From the NCBI RefSeq assembly GCF_036321535.1, contig NC_087437.1, forward strand, positions 65,164,001 through 65,228,000: DNA of 64,000 bases, in the 5' to 3' direction. Positions within the stretch are counted from its first letter, which is position 1. Every line of letters begins with the position of its first letter. Position numbers and translations under genes: made by a program. This document shows positions 14,140-27,945 of this stretch, piece by piece. The DNA comes from Camelus dromedarius (taxonomy: Eukaryota). The notes below the pieces were generated by a model. That model was not told the DNA's origin, searched no databases, and worked only from the letters and a program-made list of their open reading frames with translations.

Positions 14140-15320
14140 TTCTTCTTTTTGTTTTTTAAAAATTATGGAATAATTATAGATTTGTAGGAAGTTGCAAAAA
14201 CAGTACAGAGAGCTTTCACATACCCTTCATCTAGCTTCCTCTAATGGTAACATCTTACATCACTGTGGTACAATTTTAAAACCAGGACCTTGACATTGGT
14301 AGGATTCAAAGATCTTATGCAGGTTTCACCAGTTTACATTCACTCAGGTATGTGTATTGTTCTGTGCAACTTTATCATATGTGCAGCCTCATGTAACCAC
14401 CACTACAACCAGATATACAGCTGCTCCATCATCACAAATATGTCCTTGTGCTCCTAGTTTATAGTCACCCTCTTCCCCTCCCCTTATCCCTAACTTCTGG
14501 CAACCACTAATCTGTTCTCCGTCTCTATAATTTTGCCATTCTAGGAATTTTTTTTAAATAAGCAACATTTTGAAATTAACTTTACTCATGCATAATACCC
14601 TTGACATCCATCACCATCATTGTATCAATACTTCATTTTTTTTGTTGATGAATAGGATTCATGGTATGAATGTACCGCTTTAACCATTCACCCATTGAAG
14701 GACCTAAGTGTTGTTTCTAATTTTTAGTTATTATAAATAAAGCCACTATAAACATTTATGTATAGGTGTTTATGTGGACAGTAAGTTTTAATTTCTCTGG
14801 GATAATTAATTGCCCAGGAGTACAAATGCTAGGTTGTATTGTAAGTTTATGTTTAGTTTTTTTAAGGAATTGCAAAACTATATTCCAGAATGACTATATC
14901 ATTTTTCATTCCTACCAGCAGTATACGAGTGATCCAGTTTCAATATCAAATGCTGCATCCTCATCAGCATTCAATATTGTTACTATATTTTAGATTTTAA
15001 TAGGTATGCTGTGCTGTTCCGTTGTGGTTTTAATTTGCATAATGGCTACTAATAGTGAACATTTTTATGTGCTTATTTGACATCCATATATCCTTTTTGA
15101 CAAAGTATTTGTTCATTTGTTTTGTCCATTTCCTAATTGGGTTGTTAATTTTTACTGTTGAGTTTTGAGAGTTCTTTATATATTCCAGATACAGGCTCTT
15201 TGTAAGATATGTGGCTTGCAAATACTTTCTCCCAGTCTGCATTTTATTTTTTTCCTCCTTCCATTGAGAAGTTTTTTTAAATTTTGATGAAACCAGTTTA
15301 TTGATTATTTTTCTCTTTTC
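14140..15320 (-). mobile_element. Ancient LINE-1 (L1M) 3' region, antisense to GOLGB1
   Basis: Typical L1 3' UTR motifs (ggcaaccactaatctg, aataaagccactataaacatt); minus ORF 15030-15362 contains decayed ORF2 C-terminal peptide (NNPIRKWTKQMNK). Confidence 0.8.
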
Positions 15321-17458
15321 TCCTGATACTGCCAGAAAGAAGTGGAAGTTCGGGATCCCCACTTGTGCTCCACTGACACTGCAGTTAGTGGGGAGCAGTG
15401 CCGCGTGACTGTTAGATGAGAGTAGAAGCCTAAGCTCCGCACATGGCCTCCATTGATACCACTGAGGGGTGTGGAGAGGGGCACCTGATTATCACTGAGC
15501 AGTGGTGAAAGTCCAGGCTCCCCACTGAGTCTCCACTGACACTACAAGAGGGCGGTTGAGGAGGGGCACCTTTTTACCACTGGCTAGCGCCCAAAGTCCA
15601 AACTTCCCTCCTGACCTCTTCTGTTACCACCTCTGCAGGGACAGAAAGGAACGTTCTCCTTTGTTATGGGTCGGGGTGGATGCGCAGGCTCCACGTGTTG
15701 TCTCCATTGACAGCACAGTGAGGGTGAAAGTGGGGCTGGTCAGAGAGGCAGCTCTTCACTGCTGGGTGCTGTTGACGGTGTAGGGTACAGCCTTGGCCCC
15801 TTCTGCCCCCACCCAGCAGGGAGGGTGAGGGGCACCTAGTTACCTCCAGGCAAGGATGAACCTAGTCTGCCCGCTAGGATTTTGTTAGTGGGGGTGGGGA
15901 AGTACTGTAGTTTTTCCATGGTGGTCTCCTGGAGTAGGGTGGTTATTGTCATTAATGTTTCTGTCTCTAGTCTGCCCCTTTCTGGTCCTTGGGCAAAAGG
16001 GAGCAAACTTTTCTTAGCACTCTTTGGTGCTCTAGGTTGTTGGATCCTCCTTTCTCCAGTTTGGGATATATAGAATTCAAAAAGAAAAACCAGTGAATTC
16101 ACCTCCATGTGATTCCTCAAGTCCCAGGGTCCCCTGCTTCTCCACCTTCTTCTCCGTCTTCCTAAGTTATCTTATGTTCATTTTTACATATAATACCCAG
16201 GGTTTTTATCTATATTTAGTGGCAATAATAAGGAGAAATACATCTACTCCATCTTGTGTGGATCCAGAAATCCAAGCCCTTTTCTTTTAAAGATGAATAA
16301 CAGTGCTATATGGTTCTATTAGAGCAGAAAAAAATTATGATAGGAACAGTAATTCTGGTTGGTTTTTAAATTTAATGTTTCAAACAAACTTGATCCAAAG
16401 AGAAAAAGGTAAAGAATAAGTGGTTAACAATATATAAAAACAGGTCCTACTGTTGCAACCCCATTCTTGGGGACTTTATTACTTTAGCTTAAGATGATGT
16501 ATGTCACCTATTTAATAAAGTCAAACCCAAAGCTTTCAAAGTTTGGTACTAAAGAGGGAATCCCCATGTTAGAAAACTCTGCTGCTGCTGAAACAGCACC
16601 TGCTTTGTCTCATCTGCTGCTGCAGGACAAAAATAGGCAAGTGAATAAAGAGAGTATGAGGTGGAGGCTAGATTCCTACCCAGCCTATAAAGGGGCTTCT
16701 GTGATGACAGATAACAGTATAGCAAGACTAGTATTGTGATGTCCCTAAGAGAGCCCTTAATGTGCACACGCAAGCAGTTTGTTCCTTCAGAGATCCTAGA
16801 TGCCATGCACTTTACTAATATGATATTTCAAAATAAACCTTAAGCAAAGTTTATAGAGCAAAACTTTTTAGAATTTTGTCATTTAAATTTTATGGAGTGA
16901 AATTACATTCAAAAGATTTCCATACTAACATCTTTATGGACTTTCTTATAAGTGAAAATATATCAAAGTTATTCCATGGAGTTGGCAGCTTTCCCAGATA
17001 ATACAATAACACATTTTTTTTAATCAAAGGATGACTACTGAGAAGGTAAAAAACTGAATTTTTGCTCTCTAGGAATTTAAATTTCTTCTCTTTCTTCTTT
17101 CTGGAATTGAACCTCCAGAAGAAAGATAAATTGCTTCATTTCAACCTGATCTTCCCCACCCTTCCTGTCCAGGGAATAGCTGCCCCAGCTATTTTTCAAA
17201 TTCTTTTTAGAATCTCAATTCATCATCGAGAAATCAGGCTCTTGGTATGTCTTCCTCCAGGTGCACATTAATCCTGACCGTTGAATTTTAGGTCCTCCAA
17301 AGGTGATTGGGAGCACACGGAAGTATTACCTTGATGTCTCCCGTATTACCTCCAGTCACTCGGAACCTCAGAAGTACTAAGTGTCTGGTTGCTAGTTAAA
17401 CCAACGACGAGCTGCAAAGCTCTAAAGGCTTATTTTCTGTAGCAACTTGTTCCTCTTT

Positions 17459-17539
17459 TTTTTTTGAGTTATAGTCATTTTACAATGTTGTGTCAAATTC
17501 CAGTGTAGAGCACAATTTTTCAGTTATACCTGAACATAC
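17459..17539 (-). mobile_element. Young, heavily 5'-truncated L1 (~80 bp) with a 14-bp TSD
   Basis: PolyT plus L1 end gagttatagtcattttacaatgttgtgtcaaattccagtgtag; TSD acttgttcctcttt at 17445-17458 and 17540-17553. Confidence 0.88.
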
Positions 17540-18739
17540 ACTTGTTCCTCTTTAAATTTCCTCAAAGGACATTCTGAAAGGATACTTTCCTTATGAAGTA
17601 GGCACTTAAGGAAGAGAAAAAGAGGGAGAAAAAATGATTTCCGGTCTGTTGATTTTTTTTCCCCTAATTTTCTCTCTTTCCATCTTTTTCTTAGCCTTTC
17701 TCTCTTTACCATATTTTCACTTTGTACATTTTTACTTTCCACATTTGAGCAGTTTTGAAGAAAAGAAAGATTATGTATCAAGTGAATGTGAGTAAATTAC
17801 AAGACAGAAAGGAAGACATTTTCACTTTTAGAAGGAAATGAGGACACAGATTTGATTCACTGGCTTTAGAGCCAGTTTCTTTAGCTGAGTATCTTTAAGA
17901 CTCCCTGTCTTTTGCCCTTGAAATACTTGGGAGAAATGAGCCTTCCAAATACTAAAAAGCTGGAGCATTTTGTTCAGGCTTCTGTTGCCCTGAGGTTGGC
18001 TCATCAGAAGAACCTTTCTCTTCCTCTTGTAGCTACTGGCTTGCTTATTCTGCTCTCTCTTCTGTGCTCTCTTACGTCAGGGATAACTGAGGTATAGCCT
18101 TTTTATGGCTGAGTTCTATTAAGTCAGCAGGTTTGTTCCTTAGCCCCAGTTCTCCATTGAGGGTCTCTCCACGCCTTAACCACGTGTCCATCTTTCCCCC
18201 AAAAATGGCAGCTTGAAGCTTTTTATGGAAGATTGTTATTTTTTGTGTGCGCCTTCTTACTCTTACACTCCTTCCTTATTCTCTCTCATTTTTCACAAAT
18301 ATCAAAGGAAGTGTATTAGAAAATTTCTGCGTCTTTTCCACATAGTGACCTTGTAATAAAAATTTATTTTAGTTTCTAAGTTTCAGCTCTACCTTTTTGA
18401 AAATATTTTGACTGTAATCCAAATCCCCTCTTAGCAAAGCAGGATTATTTCATAATGGGTTTATGTCATTCAGAAAAGAAGGGACCTTTTTACCTTACTT
18501 ATATAGAAAAAGACAAAAAGTCAGATGCAATTCAAACAAAGCCTTGTATTATAGGGAAAAATTTGATTACAGTCCTAATGGTTTTTTTTTCAAGCATAGC
18601 ATAGAGAGAAGTAGAATTAAAGACTATGACAGAGAGTCAGTTTTTGCTAGTGCTATAGAAAGTTAACTGGGTCAGATAGAAGCCTCCCTCTTGGCCAAAT
18701 TCAGGGAATAAATAAACAGCAGCAGCAGCTAATATTATT

Positions 18740-18930
18740 GAGTAATTATGACATGCCAGGCTCTGTGTTTGATGCATGATGTATAGTGTCTGATTTAATC
18801 TCAAAATAATCCTAAGGAATAGATCATTTATTCCCATTTTACCAATGAGACGCAGAGACATTAAGTAACTTTTACTCAGGGTCTCATGCCTAGTGTATGA
18901 CAGAGCCAGCATTTGAACCTACATCCTTCA
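18740..18930 (-). mobile_element. MIR SINE remnant
   Basis: Core motif cccattttaccaatgag...cagagacattaagtaactt...agagccagcatttgaacc. Confidence 0.65.
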
Positions 18931-19470
18931 TCCTCTACAATTGGATTCTCATAGCTGTGATGTTATACTGAATCATGGCACTGCTTTTCTGAAGGATTAC
19001 AGTGGTTTCCCGTTGCTTACGGAGTAAGCTTTATTAGCATGGTGCTCAGTGCCCCATAAAGTCTGACCCTTTCCCTCTCTATCCTCATTCCCTGCCCTAT
19101 CCACTCTATACACTATTTACTACAACAATTCCAAAAACTCACTACATGTATTCATTCCTGTGCCTTTTGTTCTGTTTGCTCCCTGAACCTGGAATGCTTT
19201 TCCCATTGTGGAAACCTGACTCATTGTTCAGGGTTCAGACCAAATGCCTGCTTTCTTGTGGTATCTTCCTTAGTCCTACCAGTTACAATTCCCTTTTAAG
19301 TTCTACTCCATCATCTTATTGCACAGTTCTGTTTATAATACAGATTTCCCTCTGGTTATGTATTTTCTTTACTACCTCTCTACAGCCTATAATACTGTTT
19401 GAAATATGCAGTTATTCATCCTTGTCTCACAAGTGTATTTTTGCCTGTGATTATTTCATGTGTTTTCTAG

Positions 19471-19633
19471 GATGGAGAAGAATTCCTGGAAAATTCACGA
19501 GAGGAGAATGAAGGAGCAGTACCTGATGGCTATCTCAGATAAAGATCAGCAGCTCAGTCATCTGCAGAATCTTTTGAGGGAACTGAGACCTTCCTCCCAG
19601 ACTGAGACCGTCAAAGTGCAGTACCAAAGACAG
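19471..19633 (+). CDS. GOLGB1: Giantin coding exon (MEKNSWKIHERRMKEQYL...QYQRQ)
   Basis: ttttctag|G acceptor, CAG|gtgagt donor; phase 2 to 0. Confidence 0.94.
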
Positions 19634-19834
19634 GTGAGTAATTTCAATACTGACTGCTAGTGAGAAGTAACCACTACCCAGGAAACATCAGCTTCCTGCA
19701 AGCTAAGTGCTTATCTAGCACTGTTAGGTAAACCCTCTTAGGACTTCCTATGAGGTGGGCAGGGTTTCTGGAGGGAAGGAGTTAAGCATGAACAATGTTA
19801 GGAGAGAATTTTATCAGTGTTTGTATCCTGACAG

Positions 19835-19972
19835 GCACCCCCAGAGACATCAGCTTCCCTAGATGGATCACAAAACCTAGTTTATGAGACAGAACGTCTT
19901 AGGGCTCAGCTCAATGACAGCTTAAAGGAAATTCACCAAAAGGAGTTAAGAATTCAGCAACTGAACAGCAAG
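19835..19972 (+). CDS. GOLGB1: Giantin coding exon (APPETSASLDGSQNLVYETE...QQLNSK)
   Basis: gacag|GCA acceptor, AAG|gtaggt donor; 138-nt open frame. Confidence 0.93.
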
Positions 19973-22624
19973 GTAGGTGTTTCCTGCTAGCCTGGAATTC
20001 AATTTATTTCCATGACTAGAATTAAGAAGGTAAGTAGAAGCTGGTTAAAGCTAGGCTCTAGCTATATTAGAGGCCAGAAATTTTACCTTTCTCAGAGCCT
20101 GTGTTGCTCACCCCATAGCATTGGACACAGAGCCATTTCCTTTTCCTTGCCCTTGGAGAGTCCTTGGGGATGATTTGTAGAAATATATTCAGTAAGAATG
20201 AAAAAGGCAACTCCTCTAGGAAACCGTCCTCGCCAGCATCCTCCCTGCCTCCCCATCTGTACCACTTGTTAGTAATACTGAGGTAACGCCCCACAAATCC
20301 TCCAGCAGGCTCCTCTGTATTTCCCACCAGTAAGCAACAGAGAACAGGGGTAGAGGTGAGAGGTCTGCTCTTCATTCCACTCTTTGTAGGCTTCCTCATT
20401 GTGTGTCTAATGTTCTGGAACTAAAGAAGCCAGTTTTCTTTTTTCCCAAATCCCAGCCTTGCCACTCCAGACACTCTAGGGAAGCATGCGGGAGGAGATG
20501 GACCTGTTTCTATAGGGAAGAGCTGCTTTGCCATCTGGTCCCCAGAGCAAAGGCCAAGGCAAGATAAAAGGAAATTATTCTTGGTGCCTTCTCACATCTC
20601 TGTCTTCTCTCCTCCTCCTCCGTTCTCTGGCTTCTCCTTCGCCTGCTTCCCCTCCCCCACCCCTTATGGATCGTTGTACTCCTGTTGCTTTCTCACTGGT
20701 CAGGGTATTCTCTAGTATTCTTGGCACCTCCCCTAGTTCTGCCTTCTTCAGAGGAACCCAGCTAAGTAGTTTATGTTGGCACTGGAAGGAATTTCAGTCA
20801 TCATCTAGACTCTGGAATCCAAAGATTGGCTTTGAGGAGAGCTGTTAGTGTCCAAAAATTATGTGTGAAATGTGTATGTGTGTGTGTGTGTGTATACATA
20901 AGCTTCTCATCACAAGAACTCCAGAGTTCACCAAAGGATCTGTGATCCAAAAATGGTAAAGATCAGTAAGCTGTATCACAGATGGGGAAAATAAGGTCCA
21001 AAGGTATTAAGTAATTTGTCTAAGGTGTTAGGAGGAGGTCAGTCTGAGATAAATATAATGTATATGAAAAAGCACAGTGCTTGGTTTATGTAGAAGATAC
21101 TTACTAAATATTTTTAAATTTAACTAATTGACACTGAAGTATGGAAGACTGATTACACTATTAACTTTGGCAAAGAAATTTGCATTTTTAAGGTAGGTTT
21201 GTTGATCAAAATGAATTGGTTAATTTGCAGGCCCTTTGTTGGGGAAGTTGTCTGGGAGTTTTCAAGGTGTGAAGGCGGGGGCACCAGAGCAGATCCTAGC
21301 CAGTTCCACTTCCAGCCTAGTCAGTTGTTAGCAGAAAGTTCTGCCTTTCATCGCTCTGTAGCACCTCCTCTTTCTATAAACTAGACCCATCTCAACCTTG
21401 TTATATTTGCTCTCCTGAACATTAGACTGTGAATCACTCTGGGCATTTGTCTCAGTACTTTAAACTGCAACCCAGGGCTGTTAGTAGATGATGAAGTCAT
21501 TTAGCGGACAGCAACTGAAGAAACTTTAATGTAAATGCGTTACTGAAGTAAAACACAGAAAAGCATACAGATCATAAATACAGTATGGCACATCTTCGTG
21601 AAGTGACAACACCTATATAAGAAGCACCCAGATCAAGAATCAGAACACACCAGAACCCCAGAAGTCTCTAGTGTCCTATTCTCTGCCACCTTAGAAGCTA
21701 CATATCAATAGATCATGCCTTCTCTTCTGTGTTGCTTCATTTATTTTGTGAGATTCATCCATGTTGTTGTGTGTAGTGTGATTTTTCTGTTCTCATGCTG
21801 TATGGTGTTACATTGTAGGTGTATAATAATTTCTCTATTCTGCTGTTAAAGGACTTTTGGAGTTTTCTGGTTTTGAGCCGTTACAAGTAGTGCAAATAGT
21901 GTTTTTTTACAAAACAAAATAAAAGAGATTGGAAATATGTACTATGTTATATATAATATAGAGTATACTTTGTTTTGAGAAAACTTTTAGCTTCAATTAC
22001 ATATATTTATGTTCTGGGTCCTGGATCATTACTGAAGTTATGTTTTCTTTAACTGCTTTATTGAGATATACTTCACATACCACTTAATCAAAGTATGAGG
22101 AATACCGCTGTCGGTCACTGTCATTCTGCGTGAGAAAGAGTTCTTCCTTTAGGAATCAGCTGTAGGGGGCATCTCTGTCCCTGGGGTCGGTCGTTCTCTT
22201 ACTCACTCGTTCATTAAGCAGATAACTGTCACCTGCCTTCTGTGAGCCTGGCCGTACACTAGGTATTGAGGTATTGTGACCTTTCATGGAGCTAATAGTT
22301 TGGTGAGGTTAGAGCCTCATTCTAAATGGGTCCCAGCTAACTAGGAGAATTGTTTCTTGAGCCCTAGCATGGGATTTAGGAGATGGGCTGTCAGCATAGA
22401 ATGTCTCCTCTTCAAGCTGCTACCTGAATTCTTTCTATGTATACTCAGACTTTATATATATTTCTACCAGCATGGTTGGATATATATATGTAATGCAAAC
22501 TTAAAGCATGAAACTTAAAAATATGAGAGGAATGGTTACTGTTATAATGTAGTCTAGATTATTTGCTCCTATTCTGTTTTTATAAGTGTAGATATGATGA
22601 AATACAGTAGCTTATGAGTTAGAG

Positions 22625-22843
22625 CAAAGGTCAGCAGACTTTTTCTTAAAGATTCAGACAGTAAATATTTTGGTTTTGTAGGCTTTGCCATTTTTGTTAC
22701 AACTATTCAGCTCTGCAATCATAGTGCAGAAGCAATCACAGACGAGACATAAACAAATGGGGTAGTTATGTTCCAATAAAGCCTTATTTACAAAAAAAAG
22801 GAAGTGGGGGCAGGAGGCCCTGGGTTGTAGTTTGCCAGCCCCT
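22625..22843. mobile_element. hAT-Charlie DNA transposon (MER58A-like)
   Basis: Ends ggtcagcagactttttct...gtagtttgccagcccct; internal gtaaatattttgg, caactattcagctctgc and gttccaataaa. Confidence 0.75.
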
Positions 22844-24691
22844 AAACTGCAGGGATCTATGTCTATCCTACACAAAACCATGTGGACATTATAAAAGGTG
22901 GTTTACATAAGGGTAGCTTAAAAGCAATTAGACATCTCCAGTTAAAGGAGTTTTTGCTTCCAACGAGTTTTACTGGTCTGTACCCCATCCTCTTGATCTT
23001 CCAAGGAAGAAAGTGTTGGATTTTTTCAATACTGAGGGATTGGGGGTTTTGTTCTGTTGGTTTTTTGTTTGTTTTGTTCTGTTCTGTTTTGGTATGGTTT
23101 GGGCTGTTCACTGTGGCAAGGAAAGTGAACTGTCTCCTGTGTTAGGAGAGGATTGTATTACTCCTTGTCTCAGAACCCAGTAGTTGTCATTGTACCCAGC
23201 TACCTCTATCTTCCAATTAGTATTGCTTCTTAAATATTTATATCCTCTCCTTTACTGCTCCCCCCACCCAAAAAATCCCATAACCTGCTTAAGTTCCCTT
23301 CCTGAACTCAGATGCGACACCATCTCTAGACTTGGAATCAGGAACCATACTTGAGTCCTGATCTGCCATCTTCTAGCCACATGACATTGGACAAGTCACT
23401 GCTCATCTGTTTTCCTTTGTCATTTGTAAACGGGGACAGAAGTCCTTCCTCTATCTCTCTCAAATAAGATGATACTTTCAAAAGTGCCTTGTAAACTGAA
23501 AATTACTCTTCAGAGATAAAGTTATTTGTTATATTTTTCATTCTGGCTATGCAAATATTTTTCTTACACCACATGGATTTTTTTTCTAATTTTCTGTTTG
23601 TATCAAATGTCCTTCTCAGTCAGAGTATCTTTAGAAAACTGTTTAGCCTTTCTTCTCTGAACATCGATTCAACCTTTTTATACAAACATTAACCCAGAAT
23701 ACTTACAAAAAAAAATATTCAAGAAAAGATTGAACACACAGCCAGGTACACCAGTTTTCTTTTATATAATGTACATAGACCTACAGAAGTACTTCAGAGA
23801 AACATCTCTGTATTGTTAACTGGGTATAGCTAGAATCCGGATGTTAATCATAACTAAAATTTAAAATCTGACAGCCTTCAAGTGAGGAATTAGAGTTATA
23901 GTTCCAGGGGAACTGAATTCAAATCTTTGGGTAGAAGCTACGATTGGTAAATTTTTCATTCGATATAAAAAATAATTTTCTGTTTTTGACGTGGTGAGAA
24001 ACGGCTTGGGCTGCTTTGTCAGGCTGTGAGTGCCCCTGACGCTGGACATGTTCAAGGGAAGACTGAACAACTACCTGTTACTCATACAGTAGGGGAGACC
24101 TCCCACTTTGAGTAACTGAAATGTTTCCACCTAGGAGAGTCGATGCTCCCAGTATAGTTTCTTACACACAGGAGTATATAGGATTCATTCTGTTTCTCCC
24201 TCTTACCACATATTATAATTTCTACTTTCTTTGTGACTTGTAACTCTCTACAGCGTTGAAGAATCTGCCCAGTAATATTATTGCATGAATCTTTAGGTGA
24301 TAGCTCTGTCTCCTGCCATATTGAGCTCTGAGGATTATAGTCATTTATTAGTAATCTCAATTTAGACCCAAACTATTGCCATTTCTCCTCTTACTGACCT
24401 GGGTTAGCCTAGCCTATTGGATTGCTTGAGAGTTTCTGCCTCCTGGTTTTTCAGTTAATGTACTAGGCACCATAAAGTTTCCTTCCCTTTCCCAGAATTG
24501 TTTTCCTTCCTCAGTTGAAAAATTCTGAGTTTTTTCACTTTGGAGGAACACACAGTACTATTGTTACTATTATTGAAATAAAAATCTTGTAGTAAAAAAA
24601 ATTAGATCCTTAAAACTCAGAAAGTTTGCCTGAGCACTGCCCGTAGTGAGACAGTCCCGCAGGCTGGTGCTTATCCTCTCTCCCATTTCAG

Positions 24692-24835
24692 TTCTCTCAG
24701 TTACTGGAAGAGAAAAATACCCTTTCCATTCAGCTCTGTGACACCAGTCAGAGTCTCCGTGAGAACCAGCAGCATTACAGCGACCTTTTCAATCACTGTG
24801 CAGTCCTGGAGAAGCAGGTGCAAGAACTGCAGGCG
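24692..24835 (+). CDS. GOLGB1: Giantin coding exon (FSQLLEEKNTLSIQL...QVQELQA)
   Basis: cccatttcag|TTC acceptor, GCG|gtgagt donor; 144-nt open frame; possible alternative donor at 24847. Confidence 0.92.
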
Positions 24836-25592
24836 GTGAGTGAGAAGGTAAAAGTCTGGGAAGAGTGTCAGGAATCTGAGTGCAGGTGATAAAGCAGAAG
24901 GAACAGCGTGGAAGAGGTTGCGGTCTTTACGCTGAGGATTAACTAGGTGTGATGGAGAAAGAGAAGAGGAGAGTGGGAATAAGGTCCAGGAAAGACTAAG
25001 GAATGGAGGGATTAGAAGGAAAAAGATCCGTGAGGTGGTGAGAAAGAAATCAAAAGGTGGTGGGAAACTGTGATGCGTAGGGCTCTTGGAACACTGAAAC
25101 TAAGAAAATTTGGACTTTGCTTCAAGAAGTAGGAAAGCTGTAGAAAGATTTGGAGCTGAGAAACAAAGTAGGCAGAGCTGTTAGCAGTGGAGAGGGGTGG
25201 ATCTTTGACATTGGAGGAGACTGAGAATTAGCATGGAGGTGAATAGGACATGGAAGGAGGAGGAGGGGCTGCGGAGGGGTTGTGGAATAAGGGAAGGATC
25301 AGAGTAGCTTCTGGTAAGTACGTGAGCCTTCACTAGAAGAAAGCAGACTTCAGTGGTAAGATTCGAGAATGAGAACCTGGAAGAAAATGTAATAAAGAGT
25401 TTTATGAGGGAGATGAGTCTGTCACAGCAGAAGATTCTCACTTCTAAACCTGTCCTTGAAAAGAGTGATAACGGAGGTATTCCTCTCCAAGATTTCTCAA
25501 TCTCTCTGACACCTCAGCGAGGTCTCATTTTGCCTAAGTACAGTTTCCTAAGGGCTTTCCTCACTGAATTACTAACCTTTCTCTTCTTCTAG

Positions 25593-25690
25593 GGGCCACT
25601 GAATATAGACGTTGCTCCAGGAGCTCCCCAGGAAAAGAATGGTGCTCACAGGAAGGGTGATCCTGAGGAACTGAGGGAGCCACAGCTAAG
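25593..25690 (+). CDS. GOLGB1: Giantin coding exon (GPLNIDVAPGAPQEKNG...EPQL)
   Basis: Branch point TACTAAC at 25570-25576, pyrimidine tract, ctag|GGG acceptor; TAAG|gtgggg donor. Confidence 0.92.
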
Positions 25691-26127
25691 GTGGGGGAGC
25701 AGCTCTCAACCCCGGAATGTGTGCACAGAAACTGGGTGGTCATGGAGTTTGAATGGACATCCATTGTATGGATTTAATATGTCTTCTTATCTTACTGGCT
25801 TCACAGAATTGACGTGAAGATTAAATAGGAACAATTATGGTAATAAATTGTCCGTGAAAAGTTTGTAAAGCAGAAACAGCGACACCAAGACACACACACC
25901 TTACTAATATTATGATACCCAAATGAAAGATATTCAGTCAATCCCCAAAACCTCTTAAGGCATTTTCTGCAGCTTTGTTTAATCTCTTGACAGCTATGCT
26001 ATTAAAATATTTTGTACAAGCTTCTATAAATTTTCATGCTTGATAACCTTGCAAAGACGTCGAATCCCTTGTATCAGCAACTGTGTTCTGCACCTAGTGA
26101 TGCTGTCATTCTGCTTTTATCCTGAAG

Positions 26128-26262
26128 CTTTTCTGAAGCCCAGCAGCAGCTGTGCAACACTAAACAGGAGGTAAATGAATTGAGGAAGCTGCTGGAGGAA
26201 GAACGAGACCAAAGAGTGGCTGCTGAGGCTGCACTCTCCGTGGCTGAGGAGCAGATCAGGAG
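26128..26262 (+). CDS. GOLGB1: Giantin coding exon (FSEAQQQLCNTKQEV...EEQIRR)
   Basis: cctgaag|C acceptor, GGAG|gtgagg donor; phase 2 to 2. Confidence 0.92.
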
Positions 26263-27598
26263 GTGAGGGGCTGAGGGACACGGCCTCTATTTGCTTCGGA
26301 CCCTTTCTGATCATACTGGTGTGCATTTTAGTGGCCAGACTTTGGAATAACTAGGTGCTAATTCTCATCCTGAGATGGTCCTGCAGTGGGCGTAGGTCCA
26401 GACAAGCCACATTAATCCGAGTTTAACCCCTCCACAGTCCCCTCTTTGGCCCTGATGCAGAGCGGAAATTAAGGCAGCTAATCGAGTGCTGCCTACCCAG
26501 GCCCAGCACTTGTTGGGTTAGTGCTTCACATGTGCTCTGTAGTGCTGGTGGAACTCAGCGGACTTGCTATTTAAAAGCAGCTCACCAATGCTTAAAACAT
26601 CTCATCCTTCCTCAGCCTAGCCTACAGAAGTTTACAGACTGACCCTCATGGTACCAGACCATGCTGTTCCGTATCAAGGCTGCCCCTGAGAAGCTTATCG
26701 GATGGAAGGACAGACACAGAAGGGGTCCCATGCAGACAGCCTGGTTCTCAAGAGGAAAGCAAGCAGGATGGAGCTAGGCTGTGTGTGTTCAGTTTCTCTT
26801 TCCTGGCTCACAAATCAGATTAAAGTATTCCTTCTCTCCTAGAGAAAAGTGTGTGTCCTGTAAAGAAAGTCAAGGAGTATTGGGCTAATGGATATCCCTC
26901 ATATGGAGGAAACATCAGGAGTAAAGAGTTCCATCCTCCCCACCACAATTAAAAAGTGCACCCCTCTAGACAAAGGCTTGATCAGATGTGTGCTGTTACT
27001 TGCAGCCCCTTGGTACATTTCTTGTTTTTTGTGAGAGATTGTTGTGTGGATAAAGGCAGCTTCTTCATTAAATGGAGAAGTTCCAGTATTAAATAAATAA
27101 GCAAATGAGCAAAAATTGAAGCAGAAAACAGCAGTTTAACTGTAAGAAATCTTTCTTGGATGCTTCTGCCTATCAATCTTTAATAAATGAAAAAAAAATT
27201 AATGTGCTTCTCTGAGTCAGACGTGGTGTAGCGGAAAAAGGGGACACACCTGGGTTTTGAATTCTGGCTCTACATCTTACTGGCTGTGCCACCGTGGACA
27301 AGCCTTACTTTGACGATAGTAACACCAACCTCAAAGCTGAGGATTAAATGTACATAAAGCACCTGGTCCAACATCTGACCCATAGTAGGCAGTCGGTTCC
27401 TGGTCATTATTACCACCTCTACTGCTGCTGAAAGAAACCTATCTGCCCGCACACTCCTTTCATGGGGCGGGGCTGTGAGAGCAGCCTTTGCTGCAAGTCC
27501 CTTACGCGGTATCGCACGGCAGGACGGCCAGGGTAGGGTGACTTCACCTGATCAGCCTCTCGTGCCGTGAACCATGCCTCTTTTTTTTCTCAACACAG

Positions 27599-27704
27599 GT
27601 TGGAGCACAGTGAGTGGGACTCTGCCCGGTCTCCCATCATAGGCTCCTGTGGCACTCAGGAGCAGGCGCTGTTAATAGATCTTACAAGCAACAGTTGTCG
27701 AAGG
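27599..27704 (+). CDS. GOLGB1: Giantin penultimate coding exon (LEHSEWDSARSPIIGSCG...NSCRR)
   Basis: caacacag|G acceptor, AGG|gtaaga donor. Confidence 0.93.
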
Positions 27705-27945
27705 GTAAGAAGGGAGGAGAATAAAGAGAGGGTACTGTGCTGTCCGACAGGGCCGGCTGCTTTGAGGGCAAGGGGTCAAGGAGAAGGAGCGTGGGCCTGA
27801 GACTGGAAGGATATGGAAGGTTGGAGGAAACCAGTGGACTTTGCCAAGTTGTTGGCCCTGAGGAGACTTTCTGCTGTGGTTGGGGAGGGGATGGGGACAC
27901 ATCCCTATAGGGTGAAACTCTCTGACTTTCAACGTTTCCTTTCAG

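Noticed and set aside
15030..15362. 110-aa minus-strand ORF
   Set aside because: Decayed L1 ORF2 C-terminal sequence, not a host gene.
19685..19858. 12-bp match (acatcagcttcc) between an intron and the following GOLGB1 exon
   Set aside because: Too short to call an exon duplication, and it has no usable acceptor or open frame.
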